From the human T2T-CHM13v2.0 reference genome, Homo sapiens, in assembly GCF_009914755.1 (NCBI RefSeq), contig NC_060932.1: a stretch of 64,000 bases of DNA. The stretch is one strand, 5' to 3'. The notes under the pieces are model-generated. The model did not search any database. It saw only the letters and a list, made by a program, of their open reading frames with translations, and was not told where the DNA came from. Position numbers and translations under genes: made by a program. This document shows, piece after piece, positions 17,249 to 31,300 of this stretch. The stretch's first letter is position 1. Every line of letters starts with the position of its first letter.

Positions 17249-17675
17249 GGCCAGGCACAGTGGCTCACAACTGTAATCCCAGCACTTTGGGAAGCCGAAG
17301 CAGGCAGATCAGTTGAGGTCAAGAGTTCCAGACTAGCCTGGCCAACATGGAGACAGCCCATCTCTACTAAAAATATAAAAAATTAGCCAGGTGTGGTACC
17401 TCATGCCTGTAATCCCAGCACTTTGGGAGGCCGAGGCAGGTGGATCACTTGAATTCAGGAGTTCAAGACCAACCTGGCCAACATTGCAAAATCCCATCTC
17501 TACAAAAATACAAAAAATTAGCCAGGTGTGGTGGCACACGCCTGTAGTCCCAGCTACTCAGGAGGCTGAGGTATGAGAACCGCTTGAACTCAGAAGTTAG
17601 AGGTTGCAGTGAGCTGAGATTGCACCTCTGCACTACAGCCTGGGTGATAAAGCCAGCGAAATTCTGCCTCAAAAG
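17249..17675 (+). mobile_element. Trimeric Alu (left-left-right monomers)
   Basis: Two successive left monomers, each ending in the A-rich linker, then a right monomer; aaagtaagtga flanks both ends. Confidence 0.92.
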
Positions 17676-18639
17676 ACAAAGTAAGTGAATCTCCCACCCC
17701 GAATCCTGGTGTTAATTATTGACTCTACTATGTAAGAAATAATACTACATTATTTTATGTTGCTGTACTTCTGCTAATAAACAAAGTAGAATAAAAAATT
17801 GCTATGTTTTATGCATATAATATGTAATATGATATGGTCCTTATTCTCCAGAATCTTACAAAGTATTATGAAAAAAGTATCAACTTAAAATTCCATTTAA
17901 TAGTCTACTAGATGTAGTTAAGAACTACCATTTTTGGTACTCAGGACTTAGCTACTCTTGGTGAATTTTTAAAAAATTTTTAACTTACTCTTTCTCTTAT
18001 ATTTCTCATTTTCTTTGTAGTTTCCAGCCAACTCGCTCCTCATGTTTTGTTTTGTTTTGCTTTTCTTTTTGTTAAGTTTTATCTTATAGCCATATACTGT
18101 AATTCATGTGTTGTTTTTTAATGCATATTCCTACTACATCATGTACATCTTGCAGCGAAAGTGGATTAATTATGTTGCAACAAGCTAAGGCACCACTTTT
18201 GGGATGAGCCTTCATGCTAGGTACATTTCACAGCTCTACACATAGTTGGTTGCCTTTGGGTACCCATTCCTGACTGACCCAATGGGTGTCTGGATGATAG
18301 TGCTGGCCCAACATGAAGCATGGGAATCCACAGCTGCATTTTTCCTGAAGAGCACCATAGATATGTCAGGTGTCTAGTATACCTCTCTAGCTTAGATCCC
18401 AGTTAGCCCAGTTGGGCTCCCTTTTGTACTGATCCAGTTCCTTTCCCTCTTCTCTGGCACATGATTCCTGCAAATACTTGCCAGTGTATCCAAGATGTAA
18501 AATGCTTTTAGAAAAAAAGCAACACAACTGTGTAAATTGGTGGTTTTAAGAATTTACTATTGTCAATCTGATAGGGACACGCAAATCACTTTGACATTCT
18601 TTAATGCCAGCACCTTCACTGAAATTAATACAACATTTC

Positions 18640-19520
18640 TATAATTTTCTTTCAATCCTCTGACACACTCTTACACAGACATTTCTAACATTCTGCCTCT
18701 CCTCCCCAAAAAATCTGTTGAGTCCACACACGTACTTCTCTCTTCTGTCCAGTCTCAGAAGTGTCCTCTATCCAGGAATAACACCCATCTTCACCTGCAC
18801 TTTATCCCCATTCTTTCTCATATCCTTTGAACTTCTTTCCACTAATTATTCTCATTCTACCTGTATTTCCAGCCTCTTTGTTTCAACTGGCCCCTGACCT
18901 TCAATGAGAATGAACACTGGATCTATCTCATTTTTGTCTCTCTTCTTCTCTATGTAGAAAATTTATTGAAGGCATAGCCTAAACTCATAGCTGATCTCTT
19001 TCTACCTTTCTTATTATAATGTTGCATCCATGTCTATTCTTCCACATTTTGTTTTGCAAATCCAGTGGTCTCCAATTTCTCATACTATTTGGCCTCTGCT
19101 GCATTTGTCATATTGGTTCTCTTTCAGTCTTCTCTGCTATGTTCTTCCCTCTCTTTACTCTTTTCATAGTCGGGTGGACATTCTTCATCCTTCAACTCAT
19201 CCTTGAAACAAGGTTATTCTCCAGTGTTCCACTGTGAGCCATGTCTCATGTCCCTCTGTAGCTCCTCTCTGGGTGATTTCCCTTGCTCCAATTATCAAGT
19301 GTACAGTAGTATCTGAAATACTCATCTCTAGATAAAATTTATTTGAAATCCAGACATGAATATCCAGTGCTTTGTTAAGCAGCTCCATTTGGATTTCTCA
19401 AGTATAACTAAAACTCAGTAAATTCAAAATGTGCATCTCTACCATGTGCCTAACTGCTCTTCTAGATTTCATCACTTTCTTAGGCCTCTAAGTGGAAAAG
19501 CTATAAGTCATACTTCCATA
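18640..19520 (+). mobile_element. L2 fragments
   Basis: C/T-rich; ccagacatgaatatccagtgc...ctccatttggatttctcaag...aaactca resembles L2. Confidence 0.6.
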
Positions 19521-20139
19521 ACTCCAAGTATGATCTATCTCTTTATTCCCTCCAGCGCAAGATATTTGCTATGAGAAACATAAATTTTAGATTCGTGCTG
19601 TTTTGAAATCCTAAATAAATTCAAGAAAATGTCAATTTTATCAAAGAAAAAAGAAAAGTGAGACAATAGATTGAATATTTGGAAGACATACAGATAAATT
19701 GAAAGAATTGGAGAAATTAATAACACTACAAGATAATTTAAATGGGACTAGAAATGATAAAAAAATAGAATCAACATTGCCTTCAGATTAACAATGTAAT
19801 TTACATACTTTTGAAGCTTTCCAAAAATAGTTACAAAAATTAATTCTCAGAACAGAAAAATTATTAAAAAACAAAATAGAATAAAAACTTTCTTGAACTA
19901 AACAGTAGCATCAATGAGGATATTATGAACCAGAAAAATTAATAAAGAGAACAAAAACACATTTAAATATGTACTTTTTTAAAAAAATTAAAGATGAAGG
20001 TATACTTTACATCCAAATAGAAAAAAAGTTAGAAAAACATTTAAAGAAAAAATGGGGAATATATTATTATTTTTACAGCATGTAAAGGTAGATAGCGGCA
20101 TAGCAACTATAATAATATTTATTCTAAAAATAACAAACA

Positions 20140-20345
20140 TTTATCACTTAATTTTTTTCAGAATTGGGCTATGTATTTACAGGCATTATTTTATTTAATC
20201 CTCAAAACAACTGTAAGTTATAGACATTATCATTAGTCACATTCTACAGATGAGTAAACTCAGGCTCAGAGAAGTTAATATGCTTAGTGTCTTCAAACTA
20301 GTGATTATGAGAGTAGAGACTTGAACTGTCTTTTGATGCCAATCA
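20140..20345 (-). mobile_element. MIR
   Basis: tttaatcctcaaaacaac...cattctacagatgagtaaactcaggctcagagaagtta. Confidence 0.8.
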
Positions 20346-20789
20346 GTAATGTCAACATCATACAGTGGTTTTCCAGATGTGGCCACAAACCATCTGCATG
20401 AGAATTATACAGACTCCTGCCAGAATTCTCCATTTTAAGGAAATGACCCTAGTGATCATCTTTCTACATTTTTACACAAAAATGCTATACTTTCTATGTT
20501 CTGTAGTTGCCTATGCAGTAAAATTATATGCTATAGTTTTACACATTATGCTATATGCTAGTTTATGAGAGAAATCATGACCCACGTATTGTCAATCATA
20601 AATATAGTCACAGTAAAGACATTATATAATGCCTCTATTTAAATAGTCAGGAAGTAAATGACCTAAAATACTTTTCATGAAAAATGCATTTGATGATATT
20701 TTTCAGCCACCAGAAAGATGAATAAAATAAAAGATTGAAGAAGTAGCAAGTAGCAGTATGGAAGACTTGTGGCTAAGGTAGTAGCTAAA

Positions 20790-20935
20790 TCTTTCAATGT
20801 GGGCAAGTTACTTAACCTCACTATATTCACTTTTCATATTTGTGAAATGAGAATAAGAGCTCCTATGTCATACAGTTGTTATGGTATTTAAATAAGATAA
20901 CTCATAATATGCCTAGCACAGTAAAGGGCACTCTT
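20790..20935 (+). mobile_element. MIR
   Basis: gggcaagttacttaacctc...tgtgaaatgagaataa...gcctagcacagt. Confidence 0.75.
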
Positions 20936-21336
20936 AAAAACAAAAACTTTATTTTAGAGTCTTATCTTTCAAAATGTAAGAGAAGGTATTCCAAATGAAT
21001 GCAAATTTTAAGGAGGTTGGACCTTGAGAGAATAGTCATCTGTGGAAAGAGATTATTTAGCATGATGATCAGAATTAACATCCGGCCAGGAGTTAAAGAG
21101 GAATGTTTGTATTGAATTAAGCAACTGTTACTCAAATTTCTCTCAACAGATATGTGTCTTGGGAAAAAGAAGGGCTGAATGTTAACACAACTAAGGGTCT
21201 CACTGATTCCCCAATGAAGCAACTTCACGGGGGAACCCCTCTAAGAGATTTTCTCTCTGCATTCACAGAAGACACTTCGCACTGTTATGCACCAGGAGGA
21301 TTGACTGTCTCTGTGGCTTGGAGGCAGTTATACGTA

Positions 21337-21360
21337 GCAGCAGCAGCAGCAGCAGCAGCA
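21337..21360 (+). repeat. (GCA/CAG)8 trinucleotide microsatellite
   Basis: Pure gcagcagcagcagcagcagcagca. Confidence 0.95.
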
Positions 21361-21559
21361 AAAGTTAACAGGAGCCGGAGTCTGTCTTCAAAGAGCAGTC
21401 AGTAGAGATGAAGAGTAGATTACTGATTCCATAGTACATGTCAGATACTGCCTAGGGACTTCCTAAGTAGAGGTCAAGGTCCCACTGTTATACAGGTAGG
21501 GGTTAATGAGCTAGCAAATTAGGATATTAATATTAATGGAGCATCTTTAGTACCCACAG

Positions 21560-23640
21560 GCTAATGAAGTCTGGGGTCATTTGGGTTATATTAACATGAA
21601 ACAAAGTGGAATTTTAGGCCAAACGCATTTACCAGAATAAAGAGAGCAATTTTCCTGATTAAAGGAGATAAGATCTGTAGTTATTGCCTGAGATAAATAA
21701 CATAATATTAAAATATATATAGCAAAACACTAGTGAAAATATAAGGAGCAAAAAATGCAATGGGTGTTTCTCAGTGTTTGACAGAAAAAGGAAAATTTTA
21801 AATAATTTTAGATAATCTGAATAATATAATTATGAGATTATATATAAAGGATGTATATGTGTACATATGTTGATATATATACAAACACACGTATATGTAT
21901 GTATATGTGTGTGTATACTAACATGTTCTTGGTTTCAGTAAAGTTGGCAATTTAAAAATAAAAATAAAATAGATTCCCAACAAAGGAGAAATTCTCCAAA
22001 GGAAAAATTACAGGAAATATTCAATGAGGAAATAAATTATATATAAAGTTAATAACAAAAAATTAAAAATGTTCTAACCACTTGGATGTAAAGACTATCA
22101 GAAAGTAACAGTAGTGGGAAGAGTCCATATTAAAATCCTAAGAGAAACGTATGTACTAGTAGGAAAGTACCCTTAAAAATCTTAATATTAAGCTTTTTAG
22201 TATTTAGATAACGAAGAAAAAAATACTGAGTCAGTTTGTATATTAGAAAGGAATTAATAAAATAAATTGAAATATTAAAAAAGAAAGCAATTAGTATAAG
22301 TGGTAAAAAATTAATGATTTAGAATATAAGAGACTAACTGATTAATAAATCCTAAAGCAAAGCACATTGTTTGAAAACTACGAAAACTAAACAGATAAGG
22401 TAAATGTGTTATATAAGTAACAGAAAACAAACACAGATGTAGTAGAAAAATATGAATTAGTAGATAATTATAAGATAAATATATAAAACTCTATCCTAAT
22501 AAATAAGAAAGTATTAATGAAATGGATGATTTCATATTAAAATGCATTACTTTAATTCTAAAAAACCAACTAAGATTGAGAAAAAGTTTAATGGAACATT
22601 ACTATGTTGCTACTTTAAAAGAAAAGTCTTGTCATAGGATTATTTTTAAAAGATGCTGAACTGAAATTGCTTTTTCAGCTTTCTAATGGTTTCTAGTGTG
22701 TGTATGTCCAGAGATAGATATGTAAAACCAAACAAACATAAATATTTATAATTCCTATTTCTTATTTATTAGAACTTTCAGTACGATGTTAGATCATTGC
22801 AGGCCAATTACACTTATGAAAATATTCACAAAAATGAAATAGAAAATTGAATCCATCACCATGTTAAAGAACATGTAATAATGAGTTATGACTAAGTAGA
22901 GTTTATGATGAGTGCAGGGATACATTATATTAAGACATCTACAAAAAAAGGGGAAAAAAGAAATCTACAAATATAATTAATCATTTTAATAGTTTACTTT
23001 AGTAAACTATCTTATTAGATTATACTTCCTTACTATATTAAATAGTATATTTTATATCAATAATCTATATAGAATTAAATCTAGATGTATTTCCATTAAA
23101 GGCAGAGGATCACACTTTTTTATGCTTATCTTTAAAATAATTGGGAAATATAACACAAAAATAAAATATGAAATATATAAATTTAAAAAATAGGAAACCA
23201 TAAAATCAGAAGAAAACATACAATGCTTTTCCAACCAAATAAGAATAGTTTTCAGGAAAGAAAAAAAGAGTAGATAATTATAAAATTAACAAATGCTATG
23301 AACAGACAATTTACAAAGAAATGCAAATATTCAGTAGACAATGTACAGATGTTCAACCTGACTGGTGATTCAAAACAAACAAAGTTAATAGTTACATTTT
23401 TATTTATCAAATAGAAAATGTTTGAAAATACAAGAAGCCTGGTGTGGTCAAGGTGCTAAGAAAATAGGCATTCATGTACACTGTTGATAGGAGCAAGAAC
23501 TGGCAATTTTTTTTGGTGGAAAAAAATTTAATATGAACCTAAGTCTTAAAATATGAGTTTGAATTCCATCTCTCCTATAGCCCCTTTGTACAAATTTAAC
23601 CTAAGGGAAAAATGCACTAATACAAACAAATGCTTTCAAG
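21560..23640 (+). mobile_element. Highly diverged L1 (L1ME-like) ORF2 and 3' relic
   Basis: A-rich strand with endonuclease-region, gaaatggatgattt and atgaacagacaatttacaaag...gatgttcaacctgactgg motifs. Confidence 0.6.
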
Positions 23641-23989
23641 AATGATTTTCTTAATTACTTAATTTCTTAACAAGATGCAGTGAGATCTCCCACCTAATCT
23701 TCAAGGTAGGAGTCAGTTTTACAGGCCACAGTTTTTCAACCCTCAGCTTCTTTGAATGACACCATACGCTTCTACTGAATACGTGCCCAGATTGACCCTC
23801 CAGTCCATCTTACAATGTGAACGACACTGGTTACTATGGTTCTCCTTCTGCCCCAGTCAGGAGGAAGGGCTTCTTCCAGGATGAGGAAGCCCTTGCCAAG
23901 TGACTGGGGCAGGAGAACCATAGTAGACCTTGCTCTAATTTTGGTCACAGCTGTTCCTGTGGAATAGAGCTTCATAAATGTAGCATTAT

Positions 23990-24165
23990 ACAAACAACAG
24001 CTAGGTTTACTGTGTAATTACTGTGTTCCAGACATTGTTTTAGTACATTTTATGTATTTAATACATGAAATAACCTGATGAGGTAGGTAATTCTATCTAT
24101 ATCCTTGTTTTAAAGATGAGAAAAGCAAGGCATAGATAAGTCAGTAACTAGCCCATAGTCACCCC
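23990..24165 (-). mobile_element. MIR
   Basis: ctgatgaggtaggta...ttttaaagatgagaaaagcaaggcatag...gtaactagccca. Confidence 0.7.
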
Positions 24166-25124
24166 AAAGCCACATCACACCCAGCCCCACTGCATTGCAG
24201 CTCCAAACAACACTGGTGAATGCTTTCACTGTTTGTATACGGAGAATTTATTGAAAGATTACATTTTTTCTAGGCCAGTGCTCTCAATGGAGTATCAGTG
24301 TGTCCTACAGCCTGGCAAAAAACTCTTCAGAAGTACACATGTTCCTCACTTCTGTATCAAATTCAGATACATGCTTTAAAAGTGCGGGAGGAAGAAAAGA
24401 AAATAGCAATGTATGAAGACTAAATAGAGAAAACACAATTGAGCAGCAGAGGGAGAAATCAGAGGACAGAAGTGTGAAAAAACAATAGAAGGTCTTCCTC
24501 TGCGTTGACCCTAGGTCCACAACTCTAGACGAAGTGCTAAAAATAACTTCACTATTCTCAGGGGAGAGGGAAGGAACTGTGAAGTTTTCTGCTCTCACAC
24601 TTCAGGTTTCCATAAATAGTTTCAATACTTGTAGGCTACAGGGGAGAAGAATGAGTCTTCTCATGGTTTTTGGACATAAGGGATGTATATTGACCTCTGA
24701 GAATTAAATTTTAAATCACCATAAAATAGATGAGAACAGAGATATACAAATCCACTGTAAAGAAACTGACTTTTCCAGGCCAGCAAGATTTTGCAGACAC
24801 AAACCTGAAATGTATTTCTTGGAACATGAGTCCTATAAAATGTCCTTCAGAGGAAAACCAAAGCTTCTCTTGCCCACATTTTGGAGATTCACAGAGCACA
24901 TTTCTATACTAAGGGCTCTAAATAGTCCTATAGGAATAACACATTTGGTTCAGTGTTTTATGCACTTATTTGATAATGTTTCTGCTTTTAGGACCTGGGA
25001 AGCCTTGGTAACTTATGCTTACAAAAGTAGGAGATTGCAGAGCCTGAGTAATATTTACTACTCTAAAGTAAATGGACTCTTCTCTAGATGTCACAATATG
25101 GTAGAATTAACGTGGGATCTGGAA

Positions 25125-25260
25125 TGAGCTAAAACAGGAATCCTTGATCTTGCTTCTACCATTTACTAGCTCTGTGACTCAGCAAGTTTTTTGCTCTTTG
25201 TGAGTTTCACTTTACTAATCTGTAAATTGGGATAATAATACCACTTGTGGCTTTGTAAAA
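25125..25260 (+). mobile_element. MIR
   Basis: cttctaccatttactagctctgtgac...ctaatctgtaaattgggataataata. Confidence 0.75.
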
Positions 25261-27572
25261 TCCTGTACTTATACTAAAGTCATGAGTGTCCTATGAGTCA
25301 GTCATAAGCTATTTTGCTAGAGGTAACTTTGTGGTATCTGGCAAGTTATTTTTAGAACCTACCTGTTGTTTTGCCTGGGTCTGTATGCATGTGTGTAAGG
25401 ATGGGGCGGGTGTTGCCTACACCAAGTTTTTATGACATTCTTTTCTTTCATGCTGGTACTTCCCCAAACCTGTATTTTTGGAATGTGCATATCACTAACT
25501 ACACACACGGCTAGATTCCAATCTCCCCTTTGTACAGAATGCCAAGAATAGGGTAGGAGGTTGAGGGCTATACTAGGGGCTTTTGTTGATTTTTCTCCTT
25601 GTGATTTTAATTTTGATCTGTGCATGAATGCCAGATTTAATTCTTAGGTCTAACTTTCTCCCGGTTCTTCTTTAATGCTAGTTCCACGGAACTGTATTCT
25701 GGGGGTTATTTTTAGGCATGTGAAGCCACATGAGCTTGATTCTATACTTTATTTGGTTGAAAAACAGTACAAGATGGTAGAGGAGGCAAATTAACAAATA
25801 CAAACACTGAAAGAACACTGAAGCAAGATCACATAACTTTTAACGTTGCGTTTCATCTCTTCTTCCATTACTGTAATGGAAATTCCTTTAGAGATGTTAG
25901 TTTAGTTTATTTAGATTATGTCATTTAAGAGTTTGAAGATAGTTCTAGTTTCACTTAAACTTAGAGCAATGTTTATAAAACTTCTCTGGGCCTTAAAGAA
26001 ACAGCTGATGTATTTCCAGGGCAGCCAATTTGGAATTAAAGGCAGACCAAGCTCCTCATACCATTTAAATAGACAATTCTCCCCACGGGCAGACTTACTA
26101 GTGGGTAGAGAACAGTCAGGTTAGTGCATTTTTTTTACTCTGATAATAAAAAAATATAGTAGTTGTTTTTAGATCACAGAGTGTATCTAAAGCAAATAAT
26201 TGATTTAACCCCCTTAAATCCTCCTTGGAACAATAAACAAAGGGTCTTAGCCATATCCTGGTAGGAAGTAATTTTTTTTTTGAGAGTCAGTTAGTCCTTT
26301 TGTAAGGAACAAGAACTTTTTAAAGTCCCGAGGATACCATTTAGCAAATTATTGTCGCAGTTTCTTTAGTGATACCCCAGGGCCCAGAAAGATGTAATGA
26401 GCCTTTGAAAGTGCCCAAGTTACTGTTAGAGAGTAACTTATAACTGGGAGAATTTAGCTAAACACGCTGGAAAGTTTCTGTGGATGGCTGTGTAGATCAA
26501 GGCCACATAAAAAGGATAGATTCTAAACCTGGAACATACTTCTTCATAAAATAAGCTTCATTTTATCCTATCCAATGGCATTATTAATAATATATTTACA
26601 TACAATATAACACAAGTAGCAAAATGCCTTTGAAGTATGTATTGCTTGTGTATATTCTGTTGCCTTAAGATCAATAAGCATATAAATACCTTCTTTTAGG
26701 GTTTGAGAGATGCTTTTGAATCTAATTATATTAGTTTCTGGTAAGAGTGTTCAAATCAGAAGAAAGTAGTTTGGGTCATGTCCATTTGCTGACATGGTTT
26801 GGTTTTGACACCTGCCTCTACTACTGGGGGCAAATTACAAATACTGTCTCTCAGCATTATAAATATATGGGAAATGGAAAGGACTCTCTCTTCCCTTATT
26901 TCCACATTTCAAAGTAGAACTTAAGTAACTTGGAATAATACTCAGCACCGTAGACAAAAAGTGGCTACTGTATTTAAACAGAGGGTCAGTGCTGTAATCT
27001 TATGCCCTATCAAAGACTGCACTGAAATCATTGGCTTTATGTATAAATGCAGAAGAACATATATAGGTATCCTTGAAAGGAAGATGGCTTAAAGTCATTC
27101 TAATTAAACTATCAGAGTTTAGACCTTTTGGACCTCTAAAACCTTTTGTACTCTTTGGAAAAAGGGGACATCAAGGATCTTGAGAGTCTGATTGGGTATA
27201 TTCTACAACCTTAGTTTGCATCTTTATGATATTTACCTCATCGCAGGGACTTTTAAAATAAATTTCACAGAAAGTTGCTAGTATTAAAAGATTTCCTCTT
27301 CAGACAAGGTAATTTTGTATCACATATTACAGGTAGCTTTGTGATTATTTCGTGATTATTTTGCATTGCTATAGGCCGGTTTTCCCAGAAATTTCAACTT
27401 CTTCAACAAACAAAAACAGGATGGTAAGAAAATAACAATGTTTATTACCCAATTGATTTTCTTTTGATTCCAAATCTTGTTTTTCTTTTGAAGTGTATAA
27501 ATTCACAGAAGTCAGAAGCTGAATGCAGTCACAAAGAGAGCAAAGCACTTTGTAAAGTGAACTCAATACCCC

Positions 27573-28192
27573 CGTTGGGGCTCAGAAAACAGTACCCCAA
27601 AGTGAAGTCCTCAGAAGCAGCCCCAAAAGTAAAGTCTCTGACCTTCTCCTACCCTCCCATCCTCTCTCCCTTCCTTCTCCACTGAGGCAAGATAGAAACT
27701 AAAATTCCTCTTCCCCAAGGTGGGTCATAGAAACCAGAACCCCTTTCCCCCAAAGTCCACCATAAAGCCTCAAAATATTGCTTTAACATCTCCCCCTCCA
27801 GGAACCCCGCCTTTTTGTGTAACAGTTGGCCATAAAGAAATTAAGACCTTCATTCCAGAGAGTCCTATTGCATGCCTGAGAGGGAGGAAGGCTGCACAGA
27901 GACACCAAGAAGCTGGACAGTCCTTGCTGGGTTTCCCCACTCAGTCTTTAAGCATTCGATCATACCCCTTCTGTCCAGTTGTATTTTACATGGCTGTCCA
28001 TACATCATTGAATGTCAGTGTAAAAATGGATTGTTTTCCCTGTATCTTTGGGTCTTTATTCTGAAGTCTCTTTTAAAACTATGATCAAATAAATTTGTAT
28101 GCCTTTTCTCCTATTAATCTGTCCTTTGTCACTTGATTTTTTTTTTAGCGAACCTTCGAAGGGCAAAGGGGAAGTTTTCTCCTCACCCCACA
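27573..28192 (+). mobile_element. ERV1 solo LTR, MER39-like
   Basis: Begins gttggggctcagaaaacagtaccccaaagtgaag, has aataaa near 28088, and ends gcgaaccttc...ggggaagtttt...ccccaca. Confidence 0.75.
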
Positions 28193-28533
28193 CCTCTCTG
28201 TACCTTCATGTTGAGTTAGCCCAAGCTCCTGGCTGACCCTGACCAAACAGAGCCAGTGATAAGATCTTCTATCATCCCATTCAAAATATGTGACAGAGTA
28301 GATTTACACCAACAAACTCATTTTTTTTCTTTTAAGACAGTTCTGAAAACTAGTCTCCAGAAACAAAAGCAGACATCTAAAGTATGCTGCATCATTTCCT
28401 CAAAGCTGAATATAAAACTATTCTCCTGTGGTTATAACTCTTAATTTTTAAAATCCTTTCAGTCTTCTCTTGAAATTCCTCTGATTTGGTGGTTCTTAAA
28501 TTTTATTACACAATGGAATCACCTTGGGGACTT

Positions 28534-28880
28534 TGTATTTGTCTGTTTTCACACTGCTGATAAAGACATACCTGAGACTGGGTAATTTACAAAGAGAAAG
28601 AGGTTTAATGGTCTCACAGCTCCACATGGCTGGGAGGCCTCACAATCATGGTGGAAGGCAAAAGGCACGTCTTGTATGGCAACAGACAAAAGAGAATGAG
28701 AGCCAAGTGAAAGGGGCAACTGTTTATAAAAACATCAGATCTCTTGAGACTTATTCACTACCATGAGAACGGTATAGGAGAACCCCCCAACCATAATTCA
28801 ATTATCTCCTACCATGTTCCTCCCACAACATGTGGGAATTATGGGACCTACAATTCAAGATGGGATTTGGGTGATGCTCA
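28534..28880 (-). mobile_element. THE1 (ERVL-MaLR) LTR
   Basis: cacactgctgataaagacatacctgagactgggtaatttac...cctcccacaacatgtgggaattatggg. Confidence 0.9.
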
Positions 28881-28914
28881 GGTTGCATTCCAAACCGGTT
28901 AAGCTGGACTATCT

Positions 28915-29590
28915 GCAGGTAAAAGTTACGCATTTGTATTTTTGAAAGAACTTTTTCATCATCCAAAACAGAAACCCTGTACCTATTAAACAATCACTCC
29001 CCATTACTCTCCTACCCCTCAACCTATGCTCGCACATCCCCTGCCAGCCCATGGTAACCACCAACCGACTTTTTGTCACTATGCATTTGACTATTCCAGG
29101 TACTGTATATGAGTGAAATCATACGATGTTAGGCCTATTTCACTTAGGATTAGGTCTTCAAGATTCATCCATGTCATAGTATGTGTCACAATTTCCTTCT
29201 TTAAAGAAGAATAGTTTTCTTTTGGATGTATACCATTTTCTGTTCATCCATTCATATGTTGATGGACATTTGAGTTGTTTCCTTTTTTTGCTCTTGTAAA
29301 CAGTGCTGCTGAAACATGGGTGGAGAAATATCTGTTTGAGTCTCTGATTTCAATTATGTGGGGAATATACCTAGAAGCAGAATTTCTGGATCATGTGTTA
29401 ATCCTATGTTTAATTTTTCAAAGGAACTGCCATACTGTTTTCTACCATGGCTGCACCATTTTACATTCCCATCAGCAGTGTACAAGAATTCCAATCCCTC
29501 CACAACCTCACCAACATTTGTTATTTTCTGTGGGTTTTAAAAAATATTTCTTATAATAGCCATTCTAAGAGTATAAAATGGTATAATTGC
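28915..29590 (-). mobile_element. L1MB-type 3' end
   Basis: tcaagattcatccatgt..., gatggacatttgagttgtttcc, ccattttacattcccatcagcagtgtacaag. Confidence 0.85.
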
Positions 29591-29679
29591 TTTTTGACAT
29601 TCAGTATATTTATTCCAACTCTTTTTTTTTCCAGGCCATCACCACTTTTGGTTTTAATTCTTCCTTTTTATAGCTTAGA

Positions 29680-29825
29680 AACTTGTTAACTCAAAGTGGG
29701 GTCTCTGGAATACCAGAACAAACATCATCTGGGATTTTTTTCAGAAATAGGGATTTGAATCAGAATCTGCATTTTAACAAAGGCTCCAGGTGATACACAT
29801 ACAAATTAAGTTTTAAAAAGTGCAT
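29680..29825. mobile_element. MER5A (hAT-Charlie MITE)
   Basis: tcaaagtggggtc...gaatcagaatctgcattttaacaa...ccaggtgat. Confidence 0.75.
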
Positions 29826-29849
29826 AGTACATCACATTAATTACTCTTG

Positions 29850-30780
29850 ACATCATTTCAGGATCTTTCTATCTCTGTCTTTCTGCTCCATGTGCAGCAC
29901 ACTCCTGTAACCTTCAATTAATCCAAACATCTATATCTACGCTTCTATGTCTACACTGCTGGACATTGTTATACAAAATTCCACTACCTGAAAGACTGTT
30001 GTTATTACAAAGTCATGATTTCCAACCGCATGTGGATCCTCACCAGCTCCTTTTAAAGCATCTCTTGTAAATTCCATTTCTCATTATGTAAAAGAGCAAT
30101 TTTGATTTGCAAAACTCCTCTCTGTTGCCTTTTCCAGCCCATCTCACTCTTTTCTGAAAGGAAGATTTTGCATTCTTCCTCAGTGAGAAGATAATATAGG
30201 AGCCTTCAAGTGCAAAGCCTCTCAACTGAATGTCCTCCTCCACTTACAACCTAATCACTTACCTTTCTTCTAGTGATAGGAATGCAGTATTTTGATCTTT
30301 TCAAGGTTTTATTTCTCTATCTGTGGCCTGCATCATAACTCCTTTCTCTCCTTCAGCCACTTTTTCTCAAAAGGCTTCCCGTTAAATACCATTCAATTAA
30401 ACCTGACTATTGATTTCACCTGCAAGGCTCATTTTTCTGCAACGACTTCAGATAACTCATAAACAAATGATTATGTCCTTCTCGAATTCAACTACACTCA
30501 CCTCCAAGTACTTGAATTGACACCTGTCCCTTTTCCTAAGAATTATTCCTGACTATGCTCACTCTTCTCAAGTCAATTTAGGGCTTTCTCTTTTAACCCC
30601 CTATAATGCTGGTGCCTGACTATCTTACAGCACTTATCAAGCTGCATTGTAATTGTTGCCATGACTGTCTCCAAAATCTAGACAGTGAACAAACTGAAGG
30701 CAAGAATTTCTTGTACTTAATCCCATTTCTGGCATATGGCAGATGTTCCGTAATGTTTGTTAAGTGGCTAAATCAAGTGC
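29850..30780 (+). mobile_element. L2 fragments including the 3' end
   Basis: Pyrimidine-rich, ending tctggcatatggcagatgttccgtaatgtttgttaa (L2 tail-like). Confidence 0.5.
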
Positions 30781-31127
30781 TGAAGTGCGCCCACATTCTT
30801 TCCACTGGCTCAGCACTGGTAGCAGTAGATCCTCGCCTTGATGTGCCTTGACCCCATGGCTGGCTTCTTGCATCCTGAAACATGCTATATTCCTAGGTAA
30901 CTAGAGGGTGTATTTTGTGTTAGGAGAATCATTCTATAGGCTTTAACTTTCTGAGACCATAGTTTCCTCCATGTATGTTAATTTTGAGCTCATTATCCGT
31001 TAAACAAAGGAAAAATAATTTATTTGTAATTTTAATTAGCATGTCAAATTTTGGGGGGACTCATTGTTGCTAAGTGAAATTGGTTCTCTAATCTGAATTT
31101 GGATCAATTTCTACAGCATTTCCAAGA

Positions 31128-31300
31128 CCAGCGCTTCTCAAATTTTAATATGCAACAAGATTACATGGGATTTTGTTAAAATACAGATTCTCAATAAATG
31201 TTGCATCTGCAAGTCTGAGTTGGGCAGGAGATTCTGCTTTTCTTCCATACTCCGAAGTGGTAACAGTCTGCTGGGCTGGGGAACAACACTTTGGTTAGCA
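31128..31300. mobile_element. MER5 MITE
   Basis: cagcgcttctcaaattttaatatgca...ttgttaaaatacagattc...gagattctgc. Confidence 0.7.

Noticed and set aside
21337-21360. CAG tract as a coding polyQ or polyA repeat
   Set aside because: Only 8 units, with no exon context or credible ORF.
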